Shown here: positions 41,188-49,911 of the stretch, piece by piece
How the letters are laid out: the number at the start of each line of letters is the position of its first letter
Position numbering within the stretch: the first letter of the stretch is position 1
Assembly: GCA_963674595.2 (NCBI GenBank)
Contig: CAXXFV010000017.1
Location: 64,001-128,000, forward strand
Reading direction: 5' to 3'
Source: a bacterium
GTDB taxonomy: Bacteria; Zhuqueibacterota; Zhuqueibacteria; Residuimicrobiales; Krinioviventaceae
Length of the DNA stretch: 64,000 nucleotides
The notes under the pieces: model-generated
What the model was told of the DNA's origin: nothing
What the model saw: the letters and a program-made list of their open reading frames with translations, nothing else
The model's database searches: none
Program-made: the position numbers and the translations under genes

Positions 41188-41223
41188 AAAAAAAAATAGG
41201 TCTTGCAAAGCTTGCAAGACCTA
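41188..41223 (-). terminator. intrinsic terminator after fadL-like gene
   Basis: Minus strand TAGGTCTTGCAA-GCT-TTGCAAGACCTA followed by T9. Confidence 0.85.
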
Positions 41224-41248
41224 AATATACAAAAAATATTTTAATTTT

Positions 41249-42778
41249 TTATTTTTTTCCAAAAGAATAATCCAGACCGAACATGAAAATGTTGATTCCC
41301 ATGTTATAGTCACCGGCCATGTTGTCATAGGCTTTTCCATCAGCGGCAAGTTCCCATTTTTCAGCCGTATTATCGGCGACAAAGATTTTTTCATAACTGG
41401 CATGAAGTTTCATCGGACCGATCGGCAGTTCAAAACCTACAATGCCGACATGTCTTCTGGAAATATCCGGAATTGTCGGGGTCATTGTTGTTTCATCACC
41501 GGCTCTTGGTTCTGTGTAATAACCACCGCGTAGCGTCAGTTTGGATAGATAATACTCGGCGCCTATACCAAAGCGAATGCCGTCTTCCCAGTTTTCAACC
41601 AGTTCACTGAATGATTCACCTGTTGCATTATCCTGAATATCAATAACGTCCCAGGATGACCATTGTGTCATTGAAACATCGGCTGTCAACAACAGATTGT
41701 TTATACCGGTGTAAGCAATACCCAAACCAAAAGTGGCAGGTAAAGGCAAGTCTGCTTTAATTTTTTCAGGTACAGGGCGGTCAACTGCAACGCCGGAATA
41801 GTAATTAAGCAGTGCATTATATGAATCAGCATCGATTATTTTATTTGATAACAAATAATCATAAATGGGCTTTAAATTTTGAACTGTTTGATGCGCTGTT
41901 AAATTTGTGGCCATATATGTTTTGGCTGTCACAGTACCTTCCAGAGGAATGTCGTTGTAGATTTGGCCTGAAATACCGATACTGAGATTTTCGGTAGGTT
42001 TGTACATGATACCAAAATTGAAACCAAAACCTGTTCCGTCACCATCCAGAACCGTATCTGTCAAAAGGTGATCATAGGGAGAATTTTTAACACCCATCGC
42101 GCCCAGTCCGTTTAAAACGGATGTAACTGCATCAGCATAAGGGGTGGTCAGTAAATAATTCCATAAATCCTGCTGATATATATATGGATTTGGTGTAAAG
42201 TTTGGTTTTTGTATCATAATGTCGGCCATTATAATGCTGGCGCCGACACCGATAGATAATTTATCACTAAATTTATAAGCAATTGTAGGATGTATGTCAA
42301 TGATCTGCAGATCATCATCATAATCAAATTCAGGATAGGCACTGTTATAAGTGCTGGTGTTTAAAATATCCCATTTAGCTCCCAATCCAAAAGGGGCCCA
42401 AACACCGAGTCCTGCTGCAAATTTACCGTTACTGTAGCAAATACCGCCTGAAGGCACGATAAAAGTTTTGGGTTCGTTTTCAACTTCACTTGTTGATGTT
42501 GCACTAAATTGTTGTCCGGCCAGACTTGGTGCTGATGTATAGCCAACGCCAACTTTAATAAACTCATTAGAAAAACCGGCTGTCAGACCATTTGAAAAAA
42601 CAATCCCGGCCGGGTTCCAGTACATACCGCTCCATTCGTTTGATAACGCGCGATAATTGCCACCCAAAGCCTGCGCACGAGCCCCAATTCCTGTTAAAGC
42701 AACACCTGCACCGAAAACTGTCGTAAAAATTCCAAAGACAAGCATGGTTACAAGAGTAAGTTTAGCAGCTTTTTTCAT
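41249..42778 (-). CDS. fadL: OmpP1/FadL family long-chain fatty acid outer-membrane transporter
   Basis: Signal peptide; GARAQALGG, MYWNPAG, APFGLG, IHPTIAYK, LPATFGLG, TQWSSW, PTIPD, C-terminal LDYSF. Confidence 0.85.
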   Translation of the reverse strand: MKKAAKLTLVTMLVFGIFTTVFGAGVALTGIGARAQALGGNYRALSNEWSGMYWNPAGIVFSNGLTAGFSNEFIKVGVGYTSAPSLAGQQFSATSTSEVENEPKTFIVPSGGICYSNGKFAAGLGVWAPFGLGAKWDILNTSTYNSAYPEFDYDDDLQIIDIHPTIAYKFSDKLSIGVGASIIMADIMIQKPNFTPNPYIYQQDLWNYLLTTPYADAVTSVLNGLGAMGVKNSPYDHLLTDTVLDGDGTGFGFNFGIMYKPTENLSIGISGQIYNDIPLEGTVTAKTYMATNLTAHQTVQNLKPIYDYLLSNKIIDADSYNALLNYYSGVAVDRPVPEKIKADLPLPATFGLGIAYTGINNLLLTADVSMTQWSSWDVIDIQDNATGESFSELVENWEDGIRFGIGAEYYLSKLTLRGGYYTEPRAGDETTMTPTIPDISRRHVGIVGFELPIGPMKLHASYEKIFVADNTAEKWELAADGKAYDNMAGDYNMGINIFMFGLDYSFGKK

Positions 42779-42798
42779 TCTACCTCCAAATTGGTTTT

Positions 42799-42927
42799 TG
42801 ATGTTTATTCATTTCCAACATAAAATGAATGCTTTTCATTAAATCATTTTACACAAAAATATTACGATTGTCAATATAAAATTTGAAAATGATTCATTTT
42901 TTTACTATATTAAATGAATCAATTTCA
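42799..42927. promoter_or_regulatory. four TGA-N7-TCA palindromes, candidate TetR(FadR) operators
   Basis: TGATGTTTATTCA 42799, TGAATGCTTTTCA 42826, TGAAAATGATTCA 42884, TGAATCAATTTCA 42915 in the divergent fadL/tetR intergenic region. Confidence 0.62.
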
Positions 42928-43033
42928 TTTTTTTAGGATTTTAAATTGATTTGATTTTTTTTATTTTGTTGTTATATTTAAAGGTTTTGAACTCTGTATT
43001 TTGGAGAATAATTTTTAATCGGAAGGGATAGGA

Positions 43034-43609
43034 ATGGATCCTTCGAAACGTGTGCGGTTGATTAAAGCGGCAATTAAAGTCTTTGCAAGGGACGGTTTTT
43101 TTAAGGCCCGTGTTGAAGAAATTGCCAAAGTTGCGGGCGTTGCTACCGGAACAACTTATTTATATTTTGAGAATAAAGATGATTTGCTCATTTCCATTTT
43201 TGAAGACGAAATGGTGCCCATTATTGATTCCATGAAAAATGCGGTCAAAGCCGGTGAAACAGCAAAAGAGAAACTCAATATTTTTATAGAAAATCATTTG
43301 AAAATGGTTGAAGAACAGCCGGATATGGCCCAACTTCTTGAAGTTGAATTACGTCAAAGTAACAAATTTTTGCACTCTTATTCCGGGACCCGGTTTAAAG
43401 AATATTTGAGTGTTATTTCCGTTATTTTTGAAGAAGGCCAGCAAAACGGTGAGTTTAGAAATGACATTCATCCGGTTATTTTTAAACAGATATTTTTTGG
43501 CGCCATTGATCAGATTTCTATGAACTGGACATTGTCCAAATCTAAAAAATACAAAATAAATTTACTGGGAGAACAACTGGCAAAAGTTATCCTGGACGGT
43601 ATTTCTTAG
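43034..43609 (+). CDS. fadR: TetR/AcrR regulator, FadR(YsiA)-like
   Basis: AAIKVFARDGF..ARVEEIAKVAGVATGTTYLYFENKDDLLISIF, VELRQS, EEGQQNGEFR, IFFGAID; next to etfBA. Confidence 0.85.
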   Translation: MDPSKRVRLIKAAIKVFARDGFFKARVEEIAKVAGVATGTTYLYFENKDDLLISIFEDEMVPIIDSMKNAVKAGETAKEKLNIFIENHLKMVEEQPDMAQLLEVELRQSNKFLHSYSGTRFKEYLSVISVIFEEGQQNGEFRNDIHPVIFKQIFFGAIDQISMNWTLSKSKKYKINLLGEQLAKVILDGIS

Positions 43610-43639
43610 TTCTTTGCCTTATCATCAATAAAATTACAT

Positions 43640-43652
43640 TGAATTTAATTCA
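43640..43652. promoter_or_regulatory. fifth candidate TetR operator upstream of etfB
   Basis: TGAATTTAATTCA, same TGA-N7-TCA spacing and the most symmetric copy. Confidence 0.6.
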
Positions 43653-43735
43653 TTATGTTTCTATATTGACGTTGACCGGCATTCAGTACGACCGGTTTTT
43701 TTTTGACAATTGAAGAAAAGTTTGGAGGATAAAAC

Positions 43736-44485
43736 GTGAAAATTATTGTTTGCCTGAAACAGGTTCCGGATACGGAAGCAAGTATAAAAATCGGAGCTGA
43801 CCAGACATCAATCGCAGAGGAATCCATTAAGTTTGTTATGAACCCCTATGATGAATTTGCTGTTGAAGAAGCAATTAAAATGAAAGAGGCAGGAAAGGCA
43901 GAGTCCATTACCGCCATTTCCATCGGCCCTGACCGTGCAAAAGAAGCTTTGAAAAGTGCCCTGGCAATGGGTGTGGACGAAGCGCTGCTTTTAAAAACCG
44001 ATAATAAAGGCATTGACAGCCTGGCCGTTGCCAAAGCTTTGTCTCAAAAGATAAAAGAAATTGGATTTGATTTTATATTAATGGGCAAGGAAGCCATTGA
44101 CGATGGCAATTCCCAAACCGGCCCTATGCTGGCAGAATTGCTGGATATCCCTTGTATAACAACTGTTACAAAATTGGACGTCTCTGATAAAGTTGTTGCG
44201 GAAAGAGAAGTAGAAGGCGGTGTTCAGGTTTTGGAAACAAGTCTGCCATGTATAATTACATGTCAAAAAGGACTAAATGAACCCAGATACCCGTCTATTC
44301 GTGGCGTTATGATGGCAAAGAAAAAACAAATTCCGGAAGAAAACATAGAATCAGGAGATTCTGTCGTTAATGTTATTTCCTTTACCTATCCTCCGGCAAG
44401 GTCCGGCGGCAAACTTGTTGGTGAAGGCGCTGACGCTGTTCCCGAACTCGTCCGGTTGTTACGTGAAGAAGCCAAAGTCATCTAA
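43736..44485 (+). CDS. etfB: electron transfer flavoprotein beta subunit
   Basis: IIVCLKQVPDT, MNPYDEFAVEEA, ALAMGVD, GKEAIDD, LNEPRYPS. Confidence 0.96.
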   Translation: MKIIVCLKQVPDTEASIKIGADQTSIAEESIKFVMNPYDEFAVEEAIKMKEAGKAESITAISIGPDRAKEALKSALAMGVDEALLLKTDNKGIDSLAVAKALSQKIKEIGFDFILMGKEAIDDGNSQTGPMLAELLDIPCITTVTKLDVSDKVVAEREVEGGVQVLETSLPCIITCQKGLNEPRYPSIRGVMMAKKKQIPEENIESGDSVVNVISFTYPPARSGGKLVGEGADAVPELVRLLREEAKVI

Positions 44486-44515
44486 TAAAATGAATAGTAT
44501 TGGAGGTTATAATAA

Positions 44516-45490
44516 ATGAGTAATATACTAGTTGTTGTTGAAAGTTTTCAGGGAGCTTTTCGTAAAGCTTCTTTAGAAGCCATATCCGCTGCAAAAAAGA
44601 TTTCTGCTGATTTGAACGCATCTGTTAACGCCCTTGTTTTGGGTAATAATGTTTCAGACAAAGCAGCTCAATTGGGCGAATATGGAGCAGAACAAGTTTT
44701 TGTCGCCCAGAGTGATTCACTTGAATATTATGATTCTGAATTATATAAAGCCGTTGTTCTGGATGCTGTTAATAAAGCAGGCGCGGATATTGTTATCATG
44801 TCGGCCACCACTTCAGGAAAAGACCTGGCCCCAAGAATCGGCGCACGGTTGTCCTGCGGACTGGCAAGTGACTGTACCGGTATTAACGTTGTTGATGGCA
44901 GCATACAAGTAGAACGACCCATGTATGCCGGTAAATTATTTTCTACTTTAAAAATTACCAGCCAGACACAGGTTATTTCGTTACGTCCCGGTGTTTTTGA
45001 TGCCGCTGTTGCAGAAAGTGGTAAAACAGCCTCTGTTGAGGAAATTGCCCTTCCACAGGTGGATAAAAAAGTGGCCTTGAAAGAGTTCCGCCAAAAGGGT
45101 GGAGACAAGCTGGATGTATCCGATGCGGATATTATCGTCACCGGCGGACGTGGTGTTCGGTCTGCTGAAAATTTTAATGTCATTGAAGAACTGGCCGGTT
45201 CTCTGGATGCCGCTGTCGGCGCAACCCGTGCCGTTGTTGATTCCGGATGGAGACCGCATGATGAACAGGTCGGACAAACCGGTAAAGTTGTTTCTCCCAA
45301 CCTTTATTTTATGTGCGGCGCTTCCGGTTCCATTCAGCATTGGGCCGGCATGTCAGGTTCCAAATGTATTGTTGCCATAAATAAAGATCCCGAAGCACCG
45401 ATTATGAAAAGAGCTGATTACAGCATTGTCGGTGATCTGTTTGAGGTTGTCCCTGCATTGACAACTGAAATTAAAAAAATCAGAGGTTAA
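44516..45490 (+). CDS. etfA: electron transfer flavoprotein alpha subunit
   Basis: [56 protein letters not shown]. Confidence 0.96.
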   Translation: MSNILVVVESFQGAFRKASLEAISAAKKISADLNASVNALVLGNNVSDKAAQLGEYGAEQVFVAQSDSLEYYDSELYKAVVLDAVNKAGADIVIMSATTSGKDLAPRIGARLSCGLASDCTGINVVDGSIQVERPMYAGKLFSTLKITSQTQVISLRPGVFDAAVAESGKTASVEEIALPQVDKKVALKEFRQKGGDKLDVSDADIIVTGGRGVRSAENFNVIEELAGSLDAAVGATRAVVDSGWRPHDEQVGQTGKVVSPNLYFMCGASGSIQHWAGMSGSKCIVAINKDPEAPIMKRADYSIVGDLFEVVPALTTEIKKIRG

Positions 45491-45508
45491 TAAAGTCGTT
45501 CACTAGTT

Positions 45509-47509
45509 TTGGAGACAGAGGTGTTAAATCCAATAGGTCAAATTATTCTCATATTATGTATCGGTCTTGCCGTTGCATTTTTTGTTAAAGAAATTTCTAT
45601 TCGAGTACGTCTTTTAAAACTCGGAAAAAAAGATGAAAAACGATGCGACAATCCGGTACAACGTTTTTGGCACATGGCTGTAAAAATTGCCAGCCAAACA
45701 TGTTCCATTAAAGATCGTCCGTTTGTCGGTATCATGCATGCTTCCGTGTTTTATGGATTCGTCTTTTTTACAGTTGCCACGTTAAATCATGTTATAGGCG
45801 CTTTTGTTCCGGGATTCTCCCTGTGGGGTAAAGGCCTGTTTAATAATTTATGGTTTTTAGCGGTTGATATTGTTGCCATTTTAACCATTATCGGATCCAT
45901 CTATTTGGCGTATCGTCGTTTTGTTTTAAAACCGGACGGTATCACAAAACCGATGCCGCTTTCCCGGTCACCGCAAAGCGCCATTGTTTTGTCCTTTATT
46001 TTCGGACTTATGGTTACCTATCTGTTGAATATGGGTGCTGATAAAGTATTGCATGGTGAGAGCTTTGCGGCCTGGATGCCCTTTTCCATGGCAACGGTCC
46101 CCTTGTTTCAGGGGATGCAGGAATCCACATTGATGATATGGAACCAGGTTTTCTGGTGGTCACATATTTTAATGGTGCTTGGATTTTTGGTTTTTATACC
46201 TCATTCAAAACACCTGCATTTGGTTGCCGCACCCTTTAACATCTTTTTAAAAACAAACGGGTCCATCGGCACATTGAAAAAAATCGATTTTGAAGCTTCC
46301 GAAGAGTTTGGCGCTACCAAAGTTACGGATTTTCAATGGAAAAACATGCTGGACTTTTTCTCCTGTGTGGACTGTGGCAGATGCCAGGATGTATGTCCTG
46401 CTTTTCAAAGTGATAAAGCCCTGTCGCCCAAGGTTGTTATGATGAGCCTTCGCAAGCACATTTTAAATGAAAAAGACAACCTGCTGAGCGGCAAAGAAGC
46501 CGAAGAGACGATAATTGATAAATGGTTGACGCCTGACGAAATTTGGGCCTGTACAACCTGCGGCGCTTGTATGGAAGCCTGTCCGGTAAGTAATGAACAT
46601 ATCCCGACCATTCTGGAAATGCGCCGTGCCCAAATGATGATGGAAAACCAGTTCCCGCAAGAACTTAATCCGGCATTTCGTGGTTTTGAAACCAATTCCA
46701 ATCCCTGGAACATGGGAAGCAGTTCACGGGCCGACTGGACCGAGGGACTGGATGTGCCCCTGATGTCCGAAAAACAGGAAGCAGAATATTTGTGGTTTGT
46801 CGGATGTTCCGGTTCCTTTGATGACCGCGGCAAAGAAATTTCCATCGCTATGGCAAAAATTTTAAATGCCGCCGGTGTTGATTATGCCATTCTTGGTACT
46901 GAAGAAGGCTGTTGTGGCGATACCGCCCGCCGTGCCGGTAATGAATATTTGTTTCAAATGATGGCTGAGACAAATGTTGAAGTAATGAAAAATTACAAAT
47001 TTAAAAAGATTTTAACAGCCTGTCCTCATGGATACCATATTTTCAAAAACGAATATCCGCAATTTGACGGCGAATTTGAGGTGGTCCACCACAGTCAGTT
47101 AATTGCCGAGCTTATAAAACAAAACAAACTGAATATTGAAACCAGTGAATTGGGTTGTTTGACTTATCACGATTCCTGTTACATTGGTCGTTACAACCAG
47201 ATATATGATGAACCGCGCCAGGTTATTAAAGCCATATCCAAAGATGACTTTGTGGAAATGGAACGCTCTCATCAAAAAAGTTTTTGCTGCGGCGCCGGCG
47301 GCGGTCGCATGTTTATGGAAGAAACCGAAGGTCAGCGTATTAACCACGTTCGCATTCAGGATGTTGTAGAATCCGGTGCAACCACCGTTGCGGTGGCCTG
47401 TCCTTTCTGTCTCACCATGTTTGACGATGGCTTTAAGGAAAAAGGTGTTGACGAAAAAATGAAGGCAATGGATATTGCCCAAATCGTCGCAAAGGCAATA
47501 AAAAGTTAA
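45509..47509 (+). CDS. membrane Fe-S oxidoreductase, FadF / ETF:menaquinone oxidoreductase-like
   Basis: N-terminal TM domain with His residues (IMHA, LNHV, WSHI, KHLHL); CVDCGRCQDVCP and CTTCGACMEACP; two CCG domains (GCCGD, FCCGAGGG). Confidence 0.88.
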   Translation: METEVLNPIGQIILILCIGLAVAFFVKEISIRVRLLKLGKKDEKRCDNPVQRFWHMAVKIASQTCSIKDRPFVGIMHASVFYGFVFFTVATLNHVIGAFVPGFSLWGKGLFNNLWFLAVDIVAILTIIGSIYLAYRRFVLKPDGITKPMPLSRSPQSAIVLSFIFGLMVTYLLNMGADKVLHGESFAAWMPFSMATVPLFQGMQESTLMIWNQVFWWSHILMVLGFLVFIPHSKHLHLVAAPFNIFLKTNGSIGTLKKIDFEASEEFGATKVTDFQWKNMLDFFSCVDCGRCQDVCPAFQSDKALSPKVVMMSLRKHILNEKDNLLSGKEAEETIIDKWLTPDEIWACTTCGACMEACPVSNEHIPTILEMRRAQMMMENQFPQELNPAFRGFETNSNPWNMGSSSRADWTEGLDVPLMSEKQEAEYLWFVGCSGSFDDRGKEISIAMAKILNAAGVDYAILGTEEGCCGDTARRAGNEYLFQMMAETNVEVMKNYKFKKILTACPHGYHIFKNEYPQFDGEFEVVHHSQLIAELIKQNKLNIETSELGCLTYHDSCYIGRYNQIYDEPRQVIKAISKDDFVEMERSHQKSFCCGAGGGRMFMEETEGQRINHVRIQDVVESGATTVAVACPFCLTMFDDGFKEKGVDEKMKAMDIAQIVAKAIKS

Positions 47510-47581
47510 TTTTTATTTCATACAATTCGGTTAATTTTAAAATTTCTGAATTGTCTTTTGCGGATTAAATTTGTAAATTAG

Positions 47582-47613
47582 ATGCCCGGTTGACTAACAA
47601 TCGGGCATTTTTT
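47582..47613 (+). terminator. intrinsic terminator
   Basis: ATGCCCGGTTG-ACTAA-CAATCGGGCAT followed by a T run. Confidence 0.75.
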
Positions 47614-47652
47614 ATACTCTGAAATTATTCGTTACATTTATAAGGATTTGTT

Positions 47653-48837
47653 GTGATAGATCCCCAAAATAATTTTCTTATTATCCATTATGGAGAAATC
47701 GGATTAAAAAAAGGCAACCGTGGATTTTTTGAAGCAAAACTGCGGGACAATATTCATAAAGCCCTTGTCGATATACCCGGGGCAAATGTCAGCATGGATT
47801 ATGGCCGGTTTATTTGTATGGTTCGTAATGACGCTGATATTGAAACAGTAAAACGCAGACTGGAAAATGTTTTCGGTATTGTTCATTTTGCCGTTGTTTA
47901 CCAGGGAGACCCGGATGTTCATGTCCTGAAACAACAAATTTTTGAAAAGATTCAGGGAATTGAGTTTAAAACTTTTCGGGTGCAAACGCGAAGAGCAGAT
48001 AAAATATACCCGTTAACATCTGTAGATGTTAATAAAATTGTCGGTGAGCGTATTTTTACCGGAATGAACCGCCGTGTTGATTTAAAGAATGCCGAATTTA
48101 CCGTTAATATAGAAATCTTTAATAAAAAGCTTTTTTATTCCTTTGAAAAAAACAGCGGTCCCGGCGGTCTGCCGGTCGGTACCAGCGCCAAGGTAGTGAC
48201 CATGCTTTCGTCCGGGATTGATTCACCGGTTGCGGCATATCGTATCATGTCCCGGGGCTGTAAAAATATTTTTGTTCATTTTCACAGTTTTCCGTTTACG
48301 GAAAAAACCTCTCATTATAATGCCATTGCCCTGGCAAGACATTTAACACAATATCAATATCAATCTAAAATTTATTCCGTGCCCCTTGCTGAAATTCAGA
48401 AAGCAATCATTCTGGCAGCGCCGACAAAATTACGTGTAATATTGTACCGGAGAATGATGTTCCGTATTGCCGAACAAATTGCAAGAAGAGAAAAAGCCAA
48501 AGCCCTTGTTACCGGTGAAAGCCTTGCCCAGGTTGCTTCGCAGACAATCGAAAATATCACGGCCATTTCAGAGGTTGTTACCTATCCGGTTTTGCGCCCG
48601 TTAATTGGAATGGATAAAGAAGAAATTGTAAAAACTGCACAAAAAATAGGGACATTTGAAATGTCCATCGAACCCTATGATGATTGCTGCAGCTATCTTG
48701 TTCCGCCAAATCCGGAGACAAAAGCCAAGCTTTATCAGGTCCATGCTGCCGAACAGAAAATTGAAAACTGGGAACAGTTGTTAAAAGATGCCATTTATAA
48801 TTCGGAATTTGAAACTCTTCGGTTTCCGGAAAGTTAG
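47653..48837 (+). CDS. thiI: tRNA 4-thiouridine(8) synthase, short form without rhodanese domain
   Basis: HYGEIGLKKGNR, GPGGLPVG, LSSGIDSPVA PP-loop, TGESLAQVASQT, RPLIGMDK, DDCC. Confidence 0.95.
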   Translation: MIDPQNNFLIIHYGEIGLKKGNRGFFEAKLRDNIHKALVDIPGANVSMDYGRFICMVRNDADIETVKRRLENVFGIVHFAVVYQGDPDVHVLKQQIFEKIQGIEFKTFRVQTRRADKIYPLTSVDVNKIVGERIFTGMNRRVDLKNAEFTVNIEIFNKKLFYSFEKNSGPGGLPVGTSAKVVTMLSSGIDSPVAAYRIMSRGCKNIFVHFHSFPFTEKTSHYNAIALARHLTQYQYQSKIYSVPLAEIQKAIILAAPTKLRVILYRRMMFRIAEQIARREKAKALVTGESLAQVASQTIENITAISEVVTYPVLRPLIGMDKEEIVKTAQKIGTFEMSIEPYDDCCSYLVPPNPETKAKLYQVHAAEQKIENWEQLLKDAIYNSEFETLRFPES

Positions 48838-48904
48838 TTTTAATTATATTTTTAAATTTGCTAAACAGATAAAAACTGAAACCATACAAAAATGGAACAA
48901 TAGA

Positions 48905-49762
48905 ATGAAATTTGATCAAGACTATGACATTGTTTTTGCCGGACACGTTGCTAAAGATACTATAATTACACCTGACAATACAACCTATAGAATGGGAGGG
49001 GCCGTTTATTACGGGGCTTTTCCGGCTTTGTATACCGGTGTAAAAGTTGGCGTTATTACCAAAATTGCAGAAAAAGATAAAGACATGCTTTCGGAATTTG
49101 ATGATTTTGGTATTGATACCTGTGCCATTCCAAGTCCGAATTCAACCGAAATTGAGCTGCAATATTTAACCGAAAACCTGGACCATCGTGATCTGTTTGT
49201 CACTTCCGTTGCAGATCCATTTACTATGGATGAGTTGAATAAAATTAATACCAAAATTCTGAGTCTTTGCCCGTTAATGGTGGGTGAAATGGACGAATCC
49301 TTAATAATAGAGCTGGGAAAAAAATATAAAATCTCTCTCGATATTCAGGGTTTTTTACGAGCCGTAACAGGAAAAGAACTTTTACCGGTTGACTGGGTTA
49401 ATTTTGAAAAAGTTTTATCTGCTGTAACCTATATAAAAACCGATCAGGTTGAAGCCAACCTGTTGCTGGGTACAACCGACATAGAAAAAGCAGTGCGTCA
49501 AATATCTGATCTGGGACCTTCTGAAATTGTGCTGACAAACAAAGAAGGCGTGCACGTTTTTGCAAATGGCCAACTCCATTTTCAACCTTTTACTGCAAAA
49601 AATCTTAGCGGCCGGACCGGACGTGGTGACACCTGTTTTGCGTCCTATCTAAGTAAAAGACTGACTGCATCTGTGGAAGATGCAACAAAATGGACGGCCG
49701 AAATTACCTCCCGAAAAATGGAAAAACCGGGTCCTTTTGTTGGTACATTGAAAAAAAAATAA
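48905..49762 (+). CDS. PfkB family carbohydrate kinase
   Basis: GHVAKD, MGGAVYY, LDIQGFLR, GRTGRGDTCFASY. Start moved to MKFDQ to remove the overlap with thiI. Confidence 0.85.
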   Translation: MKFDQDYDIVFAGHVAKDTIITPDNTTYRMGGAVYYGAFPALYTGVKVGVITKIAEKDKDMLSEFDDFGIDTCAIPSPNSTEIELQYLTENLDHRDLFVTSVADPFTMDELNKINTKILSLCPLMVGEMDESLIIELGKKYKISLDIQGFLRAVTGKELLPVDWVNFEKVLSAVTYIKTDQVEANLLLGTTDIEKAVRQISDLGPSEIVLTNKEGVHVFANGQLHFQPFTAKNLSGRTGRGDTCFASYLSKRLTASVEDATKWTAEITSRKMEKPGPFVGTLKKK

Positions 49763-49781
49763 AAATTAACAGAAAATTTAC

Positions 49782-49831
49782 TTGACATTGTGCGTTGATT
49801 CCTTTAATTTTTGCAACGCTTGTATATACAA
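49782..49831 (+). promoter_or_regulatory. sigma70 promoter with downstream GntR/HutC-type operator candidate
   Basis: TTGACA-N17-TAATTT, then perfect palindrome TTGTATATACAA at 49820-49831. Confidence 0.58.
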
Positions 49832-49911
49832 CTATTCAATTGAATTTCCCAATAACTGTAGTTATTAATATAAATTTAATTATATAGTTACGTTAAAAAG
49901 GCAGGAATGAT

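Noticed and set aside
43675-43704. Terminator/attenuator before etfB (ACCGG...CCGGT + T run)
   Set aside because: Only a 5-6 bp stem with a long loop; too weak to call.
48788-48904. Long overlap between thiI and the PfkB kinase ORF
   Set aside because: Kinase similarity begins at MKFDQDYDIVFAGH (48905); the upstream extension looks incidental.
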